Of a stretch of DNA of 32,000 nucleotides, positions 29,914 to 32,000 are shown piece after piece (the first letter of the stretch is position 1; the number at the start of each line of letters is the position of its first letter). The notes under the pieces were generated by a model that had not been told where the DNA came from, searched no databases, and was given only the letters and a program-made list of their open reading frames with translations. The stretch is from Mycobacterium leprae TN (lineage in GTDB: Bacteria; Actinomycetota; Actinomycetes; Mycobacteriales; Mycobacteriaceae). The stretch covers positions 1,410,001 through 1,442,000 of the forward strand of contig NC_002677.1 of the NCBI RefSeq assembly GCF_000195855.1, given 5' to 3'. The position numbers and the translations under genes are program-made.

Positions 29914-31071
29914 ATGAAGGTCCCGATCGAGACGTCACCGCTGGCCTGGCTGGAAGCAGTGGAGCAACAGCGCCGCGGGGCCGGGCTGCGCCGTTCGCTG
30001 CGGCCGCGCTCAGCCGTTGCCACCGAGCTGGATCTGGCCTCCAACGACTATCTCGGTCTCTCCCAACATCCCGACGTCATCGACGGCGGCGTTGCGGCGT
30101 TGCGGGTTTGGGGTGCAGGTGCCACCGGATCCCGCCTGGTCACCGGCGATACCATACTGCACCACGAATTGGAATGCGAGCTAGCTGAATTTGTCGGCGC
30201 CTGTGTCGGCCTACTGTTTTCTTCCGGTTATGCCGCCAACCTCGGGGCTGTTGTCGGTTTGTCCGGCCCGGGTTCGCTGATCGTCTCCGATGCCTATTCG
30301 CACGCGTCCCTGGTGGATGCTTGCCGGCTGTCGCGGGCGCGGGTGGTGGTGACACCGCACTGTGACGTTGACGCCGTGGACACCGCGCTGAGGTCATGCC
30401 ACGAGGAGCGTGCGGTTGTTGTCACTGAGTCGGTGTTCAGCGCTGATGGTGTGCTGGCCCCTGTTTCGGAGTTGCACGATGTATGCCGTCGGCACGGCGC
30501 GTTGCTCCTCGTAGACGAGGCGCACGGCCTCGGTGTGCGTGGTGGTGGGCGCGGGCTGGTATACGAGGTCGGGCTGGCGGGTGCACCTGACGTGGTGATT
30601 ACGACTACCATGTCCAAGGCGCTCGGCAGCCAGGGTGGTGCGGTTCTCGGGTCGTCCGCGGTGCGTGCTCACCTGATCAATACCGCCCGTCCGTTCATCT
30701 TCGACACTGGTTTGGCGCCTGCGGCGGTAGGTGCCGCGCGGGCCGCGCTGCAAATACTGAAGGCCGAGACGTGGCGCCCAGAGGCGGTGTTGCAGCACGC
30801 CCGAACCTTGGCTAAGATCTGCGATCTGTCCGAGCTGCCGCAGTCGGCGGTGGTCTCAGTAGTGTTGGGCGATCCGGAGGTAGCGTTGGCCGCCGCGATC
30901 GCCTGCCTGGACGCCGGCGTGCGGGTGGGCTGCTTCCGGCCTCCGACTGTGCCGGCCGGGACGTCGCGGCTGCGGTTGACTGCGCACGCGTCTCTCGATA
31001 GCGCTAAGTTGGAAGTGGCCCGGCGGGTGTTGACGGACGTTCTTGGTGGCTGTTGTGTGGCGCGCCGTTGA
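29914..31071 (+). CDS. bioF: 8-amino-7-oxononanoate synthase
   Basis: The intact 385-aa ORF has alpha-oxoamine synthase motifs: [25 protein letters not shown], and the PLP lysine in [13 protein letters not shown]. It starts 6 nt after the bioA stop. Confidence 0.95.
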   Translation: MKVPIETSPLAWLEAVEQQRRGAGLRRSLRPRSAVATELDLASNDYLGLSQHPDVIDGGVAALRVWGAGATGSRLVTGDTILHHELECELAEFVGACVGLLFSSGYAANLGAVVGLSGPGSLIVSDAYSHASLVDACRLSRARVVVTPHCDVDAVDTALRSCHEERAVVVTESVFSADGVLAPVSELHDVCRRHGALLLVDEAHGLGVRGGGRGLVYEVGLAGAPDVVITTTMSKALGSQGGAVLGSSAVRAHLINTARPFIFDTGLAPAAVGAARAALQILKAETWRPEAVLQHARTLAKICDLSELPQSAVVSVVLGDPEVALAAAIACLDAGVRVGCFRPPTVPAGTSRLRLTAHASLDSAKLEVARRVLTDVLGGCCVARR

Positions 31072-31748
31072 CTGTCGTGGTCGTTACCGGCACTGACACG
31101 GGGGTCGGCAAGACCGTCGCCTGTGCAGCGCTGGCGTGTCACGCGCGTCAAGCTGGTATCGAAGTGGCAGTGTGCAAACCGGTTCAGACCGGAACTCAGA
31201 TCGGAGACGATGACCTTGCCGAGGTGGCCCGACTATCTGGGGTGACCGAACTCACCGGCTTGGTGAGATATCCGCAACCACTGGCGCCGGCCGCCGCCGC
31301 CGAACACGCCGGGATGGCATTACCCACCCGCGAGCAACTGCTGGAGCTCATCGCCGGACTGGATCGCCCGGGACGCTTGATTTTGGTCGAAGGCGCTGGT
31401 GGTCTACTGGTCGAACTCGCTGATGCTAGTGCCACTTTGCGTGATCTAGCTGTCGAGCTAGGTGCACTGGCACTGGTCACGGTCAGTGTGGAATTGGGCA
31501 CCCTCAACCACACCGCGCTGACTCTGGAGGCGTTGACCACACGAGGGGTTGCGTGCGCCGGCTTGGTGATCGGCAGCTGGACGGGGCGGCCCGGTGCGGT
31601 GCAGATATCCAATCGGTCTGCGCTGGCCCGGCTGGCTCCAATGCGGGCCACGTTGCCTGCCGGGGCCGGATCGATGGACGCCACGGATTTTGCGGCGATG
31701 AGCGCGGCGGCCTTCGACCGGGACTGGGTAACCACGTTGGTCCATTGA
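31068..31748 (+). CDS. bioD: Dethiobiotin synthetase
   Basis: The P-loop [13 protein letters not shown] is followed by CKPVQTG and [12 protein letters not shown] 31068 start gives (M)TVVVVTGT and overlaps the bioF TGA (31069-31071) as TTGA. The maximal ORF starts at 31053. Confidence 0.88.
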   Translation: MTVVVVTGTDTGVGKTVACAALACHARQAGIEVAVCKPVQTGTQIGDDDLAEVARLSGVTELTGLVRYPQPLAPAAAAEHAGMALPTREQLLELIAGLDRPGRLILVEGAGGLLVELADASATLRDLAVELGALALVTVSVELGTLNHTALTLEALTTRGVACAGLVIGSWTGRPGAVQISNRSALARLAPMRATLPAGAGSMDATDFAAMSAAAFDRDWVTTLVH

Positions 31749-32000
31749 TGGTTCATTCGCTCGAGCTGGTCTTCGACCCCGACACCGAGTCGGCGATCTG
31801 TCGCATTTGGGACCAGCTGGCCAGCGCCGGAATACCCAGCCAAGCGTCAGCTAGCCGTCCTCACGTTACGTTGGCCGTTGCTGAACATATCGGCGCCGAG
31901 GTCGATCAGCTGCTTGGTCCGGTGAGTCAGCGGCTGCTGCTGGACGCCACGATCAGTGTGTCGGTGCTGTTCGGCCGAGCCCACGTGGTGTTCGCACGAC
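31748..32000 (+). CDS. Rv1571-like conserved protein (2H phosphoesterase / LigT-like fold suspected), 5' part only
   Basis: The frame is open from ATG 31748 to the window edge ([44 protein letters not shown]...) and contains an H-x-T-L motif. The ATG overlaps the bioD TGA (31746-31748). The gene is truncated by the window, so its intactness cannot be judged. Confidence 0.7.
   Translation, partial: MVHSLELVFDPDTESAICRIWDQLASAGIPSQASASRPHVTLAVAEHIGAEVDQLLGPVSQRLLLDATISVSVLFGRAHVVFAR

Overview
No novel system was found. This window reads as Mycobacterium leprae chromosome, the ileS-to-bioD segment that is syntenic (from memory of H37Rv gene order) with M. tuberculosis Rv1536-Rv1571. The organism call rests on a complete RLEP dispersed repeat at about 16560-17270, which contains the published RLEP PCR target sequences as I recall them. 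It also rests on the typical M. leprae mix of intact housekeeping genes and decayed genes. I can support 12 apparently intact CDS: ileS, ansA, lspA, an RluD-family pseudouridine synthase, dnaE1, ilvA, the Rv1565c-type AT3/SGNH acyltransferase (sucT), ripD, bioA, bioF, bioD, and the 5' part of an Rv1571-like gene. By my coordinates these cover about 16.7 kb, or 52% of the window. I can also support 13 pseudogenes, about 11 kb, recognised by stitching protein-like segments across frameshifts and in-frame stops. They are two SAM-methyltransferases, dinX, lprI, glbN, two SDR reductases (Rv1543/Rv1544-like), an SRPBCC protein, an Rv1558-like Ddn-family protein, a PNPOx-like flavoprotein, a class I/II aminotransferase, treY and treX. 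Regulatory and structural features are a T-box leader before ileS, tight translational coupling in bioA-bioF-bioD-Rv1571, several perfect short tandem duplications, and a few GC-rich hairpins. There is no CRISPR array, tRNA/rRNA gene, transposase or defence-type system. The most interesting points are the RLEP copy at a large synteny gap, the T-box leader, the non-catalytic RipD, loss of glbN-lprI, dinX and treXYZ, and a divergent PNPOx/aminotransferase pseudogene pair that I do not recall at this locus in H37Rv. All homology statements come from reading translations by eye and from memory of the protein families. Pseudogene boundaries are approximate, roughly +/-50 bp or worse.
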